From NCBI GenBank assembly GCA_964476725.1, contig CAYZBZ010000001.1, positions 15,649 to 75,597 of the forward strand: 59,949 bases of DNA, in the 5' to 3' direction. The DNA is from an uncultured Vicinamibacterales bacterium. GTDB lineage: Bacteria > Acidobacteriota > Vicinamibacteria > Vicinamibacterales > 2-12-FULL-66-21. Shown one piece after another: positions 44,953 through 53,143 of the stretch. The position numbers and the translations under genes are program-made. Each line of letters starts with the position of its first letter. Position 1 is the stretch's first letter. The notes under the pieces were generated by a model. The model did no database searches. It had not been told where the DNA came from and saw nothing but the letters and a program-made list of their open reading frames with translations.

Positions 44953-46607
44953 GCCCGCGGGGAATGGCGCCTGCGCCCCCCTCTCCGCACCCGCTTCGCT
45001 CCGTTCGCGCCGCCCCAGTGCGCGAGGAACTGCGTGATGAACGCGTGCTCGTCAGCGGCGCCGACGAGCGCCGCCAGCGCGAGTGCGACGGTCAGCGCGA
45101 TGTGGTAGCCGGCCGAGCGCGACGCGGTCGCGCGCGCATACGCGGGATGCGCCTCGTTGATCCAGATCGTGCTCTCCACGAGGCGCCCGAGTTCCGGATC
45201 GTCGGGACGAGGCTCGAACTGCAGCAGCAGGCCGTAGCGCGCCGGACGCCGGCGGCCGGGGACGGTCGAGAGCGTGCCGATTGGGCTCGGCGACCGATCG
45301 CCCGCGCCACCGGTGTCTCCATTCTCGCGAGGCGGCGGCAGCTCCCCAGGGCCCCGCTCACCCGGTGGCGGCTGCGGCTCCGCTGGCAGCACATCTTCGG
45401 CTGGCATCGCATCCTCTTCAGGGGTGCTCGGGTCGGGACCATTCGCGCCATCCGGCCTGTCAGCCGCGGGCAGGTTCGCGAACAGCGGCCCGGGCACGTG
45501 CTCGGGCCCCTTTCCCGGGAGTGGCAGCCGCTTCTGTCCACCGGCGCGGTGATCGACGAGCGACCGCAGCAGGGGGAAGTCGTCCGCGAGATCTTCGAGC
45601 ACGCGCTCGAGATCTCGCTCGAGCCGCACGGTGCGCGGGCGCGCGTCGGTGTCGCGCGCATCGCCCCACGCGGTCAACTGCCGCGAGACCACCTCCTGAA
45701 TGGCCCTGCGATAAGCGAGGTAGGTCGCGCCGCGTGGGCCGGTACGGATGAAATCGTTCTTGCTGAGCGTGAGGCAGGCTGCGAGATCCGGTGCCTCGAT
45801 CAGCCCGGAGACGCGCGCGGGCATCGCCGGCGTGACACCGAGCCAGTCCCATCCGCGCTTGATCACCTTGCCGAACGTGCTGATCGCGATCCCCTGGCGA
45901 TCGTCGGGCAGCGGCGCGTCGTGCAGTTCGAGCGACGCGATGGCCGACGGGATGCGCCGGCGGCCCATCCGGATCGGGATCGTCGTCCGGTCACGGACCG
46001 GGGTGATCGCGCGCGCCAGGGGTTGGCCGTCCACTTCGAATTCGATGCCCTGCGTGTAGTGCCGCCGCAGCACCTCGTCGAACGCGGGATCGAACAGCGG
46101 CTCGAAGTGTCGGCGAATGGCTTCCTCCAGATAACCGGCGTCGAGCAGCGGCGACAGCGGGTTTGTCAGCCGAAGCTGCACGGCGGTGCCGCGAGCCGCG
46201 GTGAGGCCGGGCGGCGGAATCCACTTCCACGGCGCACGATAGCGCGAGGCCAGGTGCCAGCGCGTCGCGACATGGGTGGCGCCGCGCCGCGTCTCTGTGA
46301 CGACCTCGCCTGATACCAGGAGGCCCAGCTTGATGCCGACGCCGGCAAAGCCAATCCCCTCGCCGCGTGACTTCGTGCTGGCCGCGACGTCGTGATATCG
46401 CGCAAGGTCCCGCCGCTGCATCCCCCGCCCGTCGTCCACGACGATCAGCGTCGCTTCGGCCGGATTCGTGCGGAGCCGGATGCGCGTGGCCCCCGAATCG
46501 AGCGCATTGGCGGCCATCTCGGTCAGGATGGTTTCCTCGAGCGCGCCGGTGTAGGCGTCGCGCAGGTCTTCGAGCAGGTGCTGGAGATCGACTCGTGTTT
46601 CGCCCAC
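44949..46607 (-). CDS. MORC-like GHKL (HATPase_c_3) ATPase with Pro-rich linker and unassigned C-terminal domain
   Basis: 552 aa with a GTG start. Bergerat-fold motifs 'EMAANALDSGA' (N-box), 'VVDDGRGM' (G1) and 'GEGIGFAGVGIKLG' (G2). A roughly 90-aa low-complexity P/G/E linker is followed by 'IWINEAHPAYARA...'. Confidence 0.8.
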   Translation of the reverse strand: MGETRVDLQHLLEDLRDAYTGALEETILTEMAANALDSGATRIRLRTNPAEATLIVVDDGRGMQRRDLARYHDVAASTKSRGEGIGFAGVGIKLGLLVSGEVVTETRRGATHVATRWHLASRYRAPWKWIPPPGLTAARGTAVQLRLTNPLSPLLDAGYLEEAIRRHFEPLFDPAFDEVLRRHYTQGIEFEVDGQPLARAITPVRDRTTIPIRMGRRRIPSAIASLELHDAPLPDDRQGIAISTFGKVIKRGWDWLGVTPAMPARVSGLIEAPDLAACLTLSKNDFIRTGPRGATYLAYRRAIQEVVSRQLTAWGDARDTDARPRTVRLERDLERVLEDLADDFPLLRSLVDHRAGGQKRLPLPGKGPEHVPGPLFANLPAADRPDGANGPDPSTPEEDAMPAEDVLPAEPQPPPGERGPGELPPPRENGDTGGAGDRSPSPIGTLSTVPGRRRPARYGLLLQFEPRPDDPELGRLVESTIWINEAHPAYARATASRSAGYHIALTVALALAALVGAADEHAFITQFLAHWGGANGAKRVRRGGRRRHSPRA

Positions 46608-46988
46608 GGAGAGATTCTACCGGGTGCGTCGCCGAATTAGGCGATGTGCATTCCTGGACGAGCGGGGGCGTGCGGGCCCATCGAGGAAGGGGCTGGCGCT
46701 CGCCGCTACTGCGTCTCTGCCACCGATGCCGAGGTGAACGTGGAGTGGGTTTGAAGGGCAGCAGATGGGGATGGCGCTTCGCGCACGCTGGATGGACGTC
46801 AGGGCGACGACGTGGGAAGCGGTGACTTCAACGTCTGCGTTGAGACTTCGCGCGCTTCAGGCCCAGGCTGACGGTTTGTAGCGCAGCTCTTTAGGGCTGC
46901 TGGGGCTGCTTGACGCCCATCGCCAGTTGCTGCAGTTTGGGTCAGGTCGCGGTACGTCGCGTGCGACGGCGTGTGAGATGATCGCAGG

Positions 46989-47345
46989 ATGGCGGACCGT
47001 GATGGCGCGAGGATCGTCTACTCGAGCGATGCAGGCCGCGTGTGCCCGGGGTGTGGCTGGCCGATCCGCGAGTGCCGCTGCAGCAGGAGAAGCGCCGACG
47101 AGCCCGTTCCCGCGCGCGTCGTGGCCAAGCTGAGAATCGAGAAGGCCGGGCGTGGCGGAAAGACCGTCAGCGTCGTATATGGCCTCCCGCAGAACGCCGC
47201 GTTTCTGACGGAGCTCTGCCAGGACCTCAAGCGGACCTGCGGCACGGGCGGCGCCGTGGTCGACGGGACCGTGCAGCTCCAGGGAGACCTGCGCGAGCGG
47301 ATTCGCGGTTTCCTGCTCGAGAAAGGGATCGCGGTCAAGGGATGA
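46989..47345 (+). CDS. yciH: SUI1/YciH-family translation initiation factor
   Basis: 118 aa. 'VCPGCGWPIRECRC' zinc-ribbon-like N-terminus, 'GRGGKTVSVVYGL', 'DLKRTCGTGGAV' and 'VQLQGDLRERI'. Confidence 0.85.
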   Translation: MADRDGARIVYSSDAGRVCPGCGWPIRECRCSRRSADEPVPARVVAKLRIEKAGRGGKTVSVVYGLPQNAAFLTELCQDLKRTCGTGGAVVDGTVQLQGDLRERIRGFLLEKGIAVKG

Positions 47346-47506
47346 GCATGCGCTGAGACCCGTCCTTCGGAAGCCTGGGGAACCCCGCTCATCGGTCCCT
47401 GGTTGAATGAACCCAAGGCCGTGAAAGCCCGAACCAGCTCGTTCCCTTCGTCGAAGAAGCGACGGTGACGGAGCGACGCTCAGCGGCAGCGCGATGGGCG
47501 GCGACG

Positions 47507-47917
47507 TCATTCTGCGAGACGGCCGTGCAGTGTGATTGGGAGGACGGCGGCAAACCGCGTAAAATCCGCGTCGGTCGTCAGGATCGGCAGATTCCGGCGC
47601 TCGGCCACGGCGCAGATCAGGAGATCGGTATTCGAGCCCTGCACGCCTCGCGCTCGGCACGTGTTGAAATGCTCGGCGGCGCGTTCGAAGTCGGCAGTCT
47701 CGAGCCGTTCGTCGGAATATGGCCGGAGATGATCCCGCAGCCGCTCGAACGATTCCGTCGTGCGGATCCCGCTCAGCAGCTCCTGGCGAATCGGACCGAT
47801 CATCGCCACGCGTCCCTCGTCGACGAGCGATCGTAGTTCCTCGACTGCGGGCTCCTCCGACCGGGCCCGACGACGGAGCGCCAGCGACCAGACTGAGGTA
47901 TCCACGAGCACCTTCAT
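47507..47917 (-). CDS. vapC: PIN-domain toxin VapC
   Basis: 136 aa. 'MKVLVDTSVW' (Asp1), 'QELLSG' (Glu) and 'DLLICAVA...ILTTDADF' (Asp3/4). It overlaps the antitoxin gene by 4 nt. Confidence 0.85.
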   Translation of the reverse strand: MKVLVDTSVWSLALRRRARSEEPAVEELRSLVDEGRVAMIGPIRQELLSGIRTTESFERLRDHLRPYSDERLETADFERAAEHFNTCRARGVQGSNTDLLICAVAERRNLPILTTDADFTRFAAVLPITLHGRLAE

Positions 47918-48114
47918 TTGCGGCGCCGCTGTTTCTTGTAGTCGTACTTCGGGTCGTAATCGACGGTCCCGAACAGGCTGATGACCTGCGCCTGGCGTCG
48001 GCGGGCGATGTATTCCCGCAGCGCCTCGGTGACGGCTTCTTTCTTCGTGCGCCGCCCCCCGACGGCCACCGCCTCCTCAACCAGAGCCGGGTCGAGGTCG
48101 AGGTTCGTCGCCAT
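47914..48114 (-). CDS. vapB: VapB-family type II antitoxin (DUF2191-like)
   Basis: ATG at 48114 gives a 66-aa 'MATNLDLDPALVEEAVAVGGRRTKKEAVTEALREYI...'. The longer track ORF upstream is not protein-like. Confidence 0.8.
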   Translation of the reverse strand: MATNLDLDPALVEEAVAVGGRRTKKEAVTEALREYIARRRQAQVISLFGTVDYDPKYDYKKQRRRK

Positions 48115-48326
48115 CCACACAATATACCACACATTGTGGTGTGTGGTCGCCTGTGTGAAGTTGACGTCCGCAATGTGCACGCCTCGCCTGTCTGAGCGCG
48201 CTGATTCTGCGTACCCGCCTTCGCCCTTCGGGCTTCGGCGCGGCAGGCTCCGACAGATTTCGAACGTTTTTTCGTGCGTCGCGCTGGCACGATCCGAGCA
48301 AGCGACGATGCTAGAATGGAGGCGCG

Positions 48327-48527
48327 ATGATGGCCGACGACCTGCGCAGCGACATGGGAAAGGGATTCTCAAGGGTCAACGACGAGTTGGCGGCCGTGGG
48401 TGCCGAGATCAAGCTGTCTGCCGACGACAACCGCCGGTATTTTCAGATGCTGACCGAGCAGATACGAGACTCGGTCAAGGTCGTCGCCGAAGTCACCGTA
48501 CACAACACCTCCCGCCTGGACAGCTGA
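48327..48527 (+). CDS. Small hypothetical coiled-coil protein
   Basis: 66 aa, 'MMADDLRSDMGKGFSRVNDELAAVGAEIK...', in the same style as 43899-44243 and 52490-52963. The call is moderate. Confidence 0.45.
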   Translation: MMADDLRSDMGKGFSRVNDELAAVGAEIKLSADDNRRYFQMLTEQIRDSVKVVAEVTVHNTSRLDS

Positions 48528-48835
48528 TCCCAAATCGCTCATCCCGAATCCCGAATCGGAACAATCACTCGAGCGTCATCGCCTGGAGCTCCTCGGCCAT
48601 GACCATGGCGCTGCGCTTGTGCCAGGCGATGCGCTCGCCGGCCTGCGCGATCAGCGCAGCACCCGGAACGTCCAGATTGATCCCGCGTATCGCCAACACG
48701 ATGGCGATCGCGTCTGAGCGTGGTGGCGAACATCGTCAGTGAGATTACAGATCTGGCGGCGCGATCGACAGGCCGGGGACTGCGTAGTCACTCGGCCCGC
48801 GGGCACGCCGTTTGCGAAGCCCCGGCCGAGACACG

Positions 48836-49636
48836 ATGCACAGTGCGCTGATCATCAACCGGCTCGTCATGCTCGTCATGCTCACGCTCGTCGCGCCCGG
48901 CGTCCCGGACACCGCCGCCGCGCAAACGCCGGCGCCCGAGCCGATGCCGGTGGAATCAGCGCGGGAGCCCGTGACGCCGCGTGTGACCCTGCGGTTCCAC
49001 GCCGGACCAAACCTGAATCTGATGAGGGACTGGCGCGACGGTCTCAGCACGTTGCAGGACCTCGCCGAGCAGCGCGGGCTTAGACCCACCGACAGGTCCT
49101 GCATCTGCATGTCCTGGGGGAGCACCGCGCTGGTGCACCTCACGCCGCGACTGGCGGTCGGCGGTGCATTCGAGATGCTGCGCGATACGCGTAGGTTCAG
49201 CGTGAACGACTACCTGCGGTTCATCGACAAGAGCGCGAGCTTCGGCTTCAGAAACGAGACCGTCGTGCAGACGAAGCAGGTGGTGGCGGCGCTGTACCCG
49301 CGTGAAGGGTCGCGCGCGCATGTTCAGGTCGGCGCCGGAGTAGGGAGCGGCCACACCACGCTGTCCACACCCGGGTCAGATGCGTCGGGGCGCGTGAAGG
49401 GGACGCTGCTGTCGGCCTCGGTGGGTACTGAATCGCGGTTCTGGTACGTAGACGCCGGCTGGCGATTCCTTCGGATGCGGTCCACGAACACCGCCTTCAG
49501 CGATTACGCGCTGGGCGAAGCGCGCGACGTTTTTACCAACGTCGCCGAGGTCGAGGACTTCGTGCGGGGGCGCGATCCGGACTTCACGGGCGGATGGGCC
49601 CGCTTCGGCCTGGTGCTCCACTTCGGCCGGCGATAG
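48836..49636 (+). CDS. Outer-membrane beta-barrel-like hypothetical protein
   Basis: ATG at 48836 gives signal peptide 'MHSALIINRLVMLVMLTLVAPGVPDTAAAQ'. Beta-rich, with C-terminal 'FGLVLHFGRR'. Confidence 0.6.
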   Translation: MHSALIINRLVMLVMLTLVAPGVPDTAAAQTPAPEPMPVESAREPVTPRVTLRFHAGPNLNLMRDWRDGLSTLQDLAEQRGLRPTDRSCICMSWGSTALVHLTPRLAVGGAFEMLRDTRRFSVNDYLRFIDKSASFGFRNETVVQTKQVVAALYPREGSRAHVQVGAGVGSGHTTLSTPGSDASGRVKGTLLSASVGTESRFWYVDAGWRFLRMRSTNTAFSDYALGEARDVFTNVAEVEDFVRGRDPDFTGGWARFGLVLHFGRR

Positions 49637-49671
49637 GGCGACCGGCATGGCAGCGCGGCGCCGGCGCGAGA

Positions 49672-52317
49672 TCATCGAGCGCGTGGATCCACGGGTGTCC
49701 TTGCGAATCGCGCACCGCGGAATGTGAACAGATGTCGTTGCTGGCCTCGCGCCGAGGGGACGGACAGCGACAACGTCAACGTATTGATTCCGTTGCGGAC
49801 GACGACGGCGGGCAGCGCCACTTCGCACGGACGCCCCGCGTGCGGATCACACTCGCCGACGTGCACGCCGTTGAGAGTCAGGTCTAACGTCAGCGTCTCG
49901 GCGGCGGCGAGATCCAGGGATGCGCGATAGGCGCGCCCCTGCTCGAGCGGCAGGAACACCGTCGCCCCATCCTCGCCGTGACGTACCGGCCCCGTGGCCG
50001 TGCGTTCCGCGTCCCCCCAGCCTGCACCGAAGTACGGCTCGGATTCGAAGTCGGCGCTGAGCGCGGCCGCAGTCCCGCCTCCCTCGAACAGCGGACGCAC
50101 GGCCTGGTGCGAACACAGCCTGAGAGACGGCCGCGATCCACCAGGCCGCACGCGCGCGCGCACGTCCGATAAAGGACGGTCGAGCGCGAGCCGGAACACC
50201 GGGCGGCGTTCGCCGGATCGCGTCACCTCGGTCGAGAGAATGTCACCGTCGAGATCGCGCGCGATGGTGGTGTGTATGCTGCCGTAGCCCAGCAGCAGAC
50301 TGGACCTCGCGCGCACGTCGCGCGATTCCGGAAACACGCTTTCCACGACGAGCGATCCGATGTCCGGTATCGTGGCGACCCAGCTCCCACTGGCGAGCAC
50401 CGCACCGATATCGGTCCACTTCTCCGTCGTCAACTCCGCGCACGGCGATTGACCTGCGAGCTCGTACACCGCCCCGGCGTGCTGCACCAGCTGCGGCGCA
50501 CCGGATGGAAACTCCAGCGCGCGCAGCAGAGTGCCGTCGGGCGCAAATACGGCGAGCGCAAGACCGGTGTCGGCGCGCGCGATCGTGCGTCCGTTCAAAT
50601 CGATCCGCGCCAGCCTCGCGTCGGCAAAGGCGAGCAGCGGCCCTGCGAAGACCGGAAGCGGGACTCCTACCGACGCCGCGTCGACGGAAAGGGACGTTGC
50701 GTCATCGGCTCTGCTCCACGCGGCGCCTCGCCGGCCCACGACCGCCGCGAACGCTTCGAACGAACGAGGACGGCCCACAGGCCGGGCATTCGGATGTCCG
50801 ATCGCGGAGAGATCGGGCGGAGCGGGAATATACGCCATCGCACCCGCCACGAGGCTCCCGCGCGGCAGCCGCGCGAGCCACCGATCGAGTGGCGCGCCGT
50901 CAACAGGCGATCGCCTGAAGTGCAGGCCCTCGGCGGCGAGAAATGTGGCCGCGGTTGCGAAGGCGAAGACACGACGCCCCTCGCGCGATGCCTGGCGCAC
51001 CTCGGCGGCGTCGAATCCGACGCGGGAGATCCCGCGGACCGGACCAGCTTCGCGGGTGAAGCGGAAGTAATGCAGCGCCATATCGGACCAGTAGTCCTCG
51101 GCGACGAAGGCCGCTCCATCCGGCAGCTGGCTGAACGCGGCGCGCAGGAACCGCGCTGTCTCGGTCTGCCCGCTCTGGTCGGCCTCCTTGTAGTTCGCCA
51201 CGAGGTTGGCCGCCGGCAGGATCGCCGCCGCGGCGAGCACCAGCCCGGCGGCAATCGCACCGCCGCCACGGATCGATCGGACGTGCTTCGCAATTACGTC
51301 GATGCCGATCGCCGCGAAGGGCCACAGGAGCACCATGAGCGGCGTGATGAATCCTTTGAGATCACCGGAGATGTTCAGCATCATCCCGAACATGCCGGCC
51401 GCTGCACCGAGGACGAGCGCCCGGTCCGCGCGCCGGAAGCCGGCGGCCACGCCCGCGAGGAACATGACGGTGCCGACCATGCCGAGCTCACGCGCGATGA
51501 GGGACGCGAGCGCAGGCAGATGGTCGGTGAGCAGAACCGTCGGCCCGAACGCAAACCGCTTCCCCGCGAATCGCTCCGCCGTCACGATCCCGACCAAATC
51601 GACCACACGGCTCGCGCGGGTCTCGAGATATGGCGCTTCCTGGCGGGTGCGGGCCACGATCAGGCCGTACTGCGCGACGCCCAGGAACAGCACGAGGGCG
51701 GACGCCGCCATCGTTCGAACCGTCAACACGCGGCGGTCGCGCGCATACACGTAGAGTGCGAACGCCGGCGCCATGCCGACAATCGTCAGGTGATTGCCGA
51801 GTCCGAGAGCGAAGGCGCCGATCGCCGCGAGCAGCCGGCCCGCGCCGCCGCGCGCGCCCCAGGCAAGCAGCAGCGCGATGGTCAGCGCCGCCATCACGGC
51901 CGCCAGGCTGTACACCTCCGCGAAGACGGCGCTCCGCCAGAAGCTCGCGCCCGTGGCGAGTCCAAGCGCCGCGCAGAGCGAGGTCCATCGGCGCGCACCG
52001 AGCTGCCGGCCGATCGCGTAGACGAGCGAGCACGCGACGGCGGCCATCACGGCGGAAAAGAGATTCGCGCGGTACGCGATCGTGCCTATCGGGAGAGCGA
52101 CGAAGGCGTGCGAGAGCCACACATATAGCGGATACCCGGGCGGATGCGGGACGCCGAGCACGTAGCCGATGAACTGAAACTTCGGCGTGTCCTCGGGACC
52201 ACCGAAGTCCGGCTGCAGCGTCGCAACGTAGAGGGCAAGACTGGCGGCGGCCGCGGCGACAGCGATCAGGACGTCTCGCGCCCGGGAGCTGACGATCATG
52301 CCCGGCTTGAGGATCAT
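49672..52317 (-). CDS. DUF2723 / TMEM260-like (GT-C fold, PMT-like) membrane glycosyltransferase with large C-terminal soluble domain
   Basis: 881 aa. 'YVATLQPDFGGPEDTPKFQFIGYVLGVPHPPGYPLY', about 10 TM helices, then a roughly 480-aa non-membrane region. Confidence 0.7.
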   Translation of the reverse strand: MILKPGMIVSSRARDVLIAVAAAAASLALYVATLQPDFGGPEDTPKFQFIGYVLGVPHPPGYPLYVWLSHAFVALPIGTIAYRANLFSAVMAAVACSLVYAIGRQLGARRWTSLCAALGLATGASFWRSAVFAEVYSLAAVMAALTIALLLAWGARGGAGRLLAAIGAFALGLGNHLTIVGMAPAFALYVYARDRRVLTVRTMAASALVLFLGVAQYGLIVARTRQEAPYLETRASRVVDLVGIVTAERFAGKRFAFGPTVLLTDHLPALASLIARELGMVGTVMFLAGVAAGFRRADRALVLGAAAGMFGMMLNISGDLKGFITPLMVLLWPFAAIGIDVIAKHVRSIRGGGAIAAGLVLAAAAILPAANLVANYKEADQSGQTETARFLRAAFSQLPDGAAFVAEDYWSDMALHYFRFTREAGPVRGISRVGFDAAEVRQASREGRRVFAFATAATFLAAEGLHFRRSPVDGAPLDRWLARLPRGSLVAGAMAYIPAPPDLSAIGHPNARPVGRPRSFEAFAAVVGRRGAAWSRADDATSLSVDAASVGVPLPVFAGPLLAFADARLARIDLNGRTIARADTGLALAVFAPDGTLLRALEFPSGAPQLVQHAGAVYELAGQSPCAELTTEKWTDIGAVLASGSWVATIPDIGSLVVESVFPESRDVRARSSLLLGYGSIHTTIARDLDGDILSTEVTRSGERRPVFRLALDRPLSDVRARVRPGGSRPSLRLCSHQAVRPLFEGGGTAAALSADFESEPYFGAGWGDAERTATGPVRHGEDGATVFLPLEQGRAYRASLDLAAAETLTLDLTLNGVHVGECDPHAGRPCEVALPAVVVRNGINTLTLSLSVPSARGQQRHLFTFRGARFARTPVDPRAR

Positions 52318-52489
52318 CCTCCAAGGTTACAGTTTGTGACCTTACAATCCACTTCGTTTTGGGTCAGCTGGAACATGAACTCGCCAGGGGTCTGGGCTTC
52401 GCGTCCTGCGCGAAAGGCGCGAGCCACCGAATGGCCTTTCCCGACTTCTGGCGCACTTCTCGTCGCGCAGCTCCGGAGATGTCCTGAGA

Positions 52490-52963
52490 TCAGGGACGGA
52501 ACAGCCGGAGCATCATGCCCATGATGCCTGCGATCGCCACGACCTGGCCAGCCCAGAAGAGGAAGCACCATTTGAGGAGCTCCACGCGGCCGGATGCCAT
52601 GTCCTGACGGATACCTGTCATCTCCTGACGGATGTCAGCGCCCATTCGCGCCATGTCTTGGCGGATGCTGGCGCCCATCTCCACCATGTCTTGGCGGATG
52701 CTGGCGCCCATCTCCACCATGTCTCGACGGATGCTGGCGCCCATCTCCGCCATGTCTCGACGAAGCGACGCCTCGACCTGAGCGATCTGCACGCGCACGC
52801 CTGAGATTTCCTCAACGAGCCGCCGCTCGAATCGGTCCGTGCAGGCGGCAATCACGTCCGCTCTCCCCTCGCGATGCGCCCTGTCAAACAGCTGGAGAAG
52901 CCCTGAGGTCGCTTCGACGCCGAGTCGCTCCTGCAGCGCAGCCGGTACCTGCTCGATGTCCAT
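52490..52963 (-). CDS. Coiled-coil protein with 11-aa tandem repeats and C-terminal TM anchor (DUF1640-like style)
   Basis: ATG at 52963 ('MDIEQVPAALQ'). 'RRDMAEMGASI RRDMVEMGASI RQDMVEMGASI RQDMARMGADI RQEMTGI RQDM', then the TM segment 'LLKWCFLFWAGQVVAIAGIMGMML'. Confidence 0.7.
   Translation of the reverse strand: MDIEQVPAALQERLGVEATSGLLQLFDRAHREGRADVIAACTDRFERRLVEEISGVRVQIAQVEASLRRDMAEMGASIRRDMVEMGASIRQDMVEMGASIRQDMARMGADIRQEMTGIRQDMASGRVELLKWCFLFWAGQVVAIAGIMGMMLRLFRP
52597..52772. repeat. 33-bp in-frame tandem repeat, about 5 copies (two identical)
   Basis: 52652-52684 and 52685-52717 are identical. 52718-52750 has 3 differences. Degenerate copies flank these on both sides. Confidence 0.9.
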
Positions 52964-53143
52964 TGCATGCCCTGTTCCCGACCTCCGACGACGACGATGC
53001 CATCGTCCGCATTGGAAAGCAAGTCGGATAAGGCGGAGCACGTTGCCTCGGACATAGCCGGGGCGACCGCAGGTTCAGGGCTGACCAATACCCCGTTCCC
53101 ACCGGCGATGCAGGTGGCGCGCAGAGGTGAACCGCGCGTCCCT

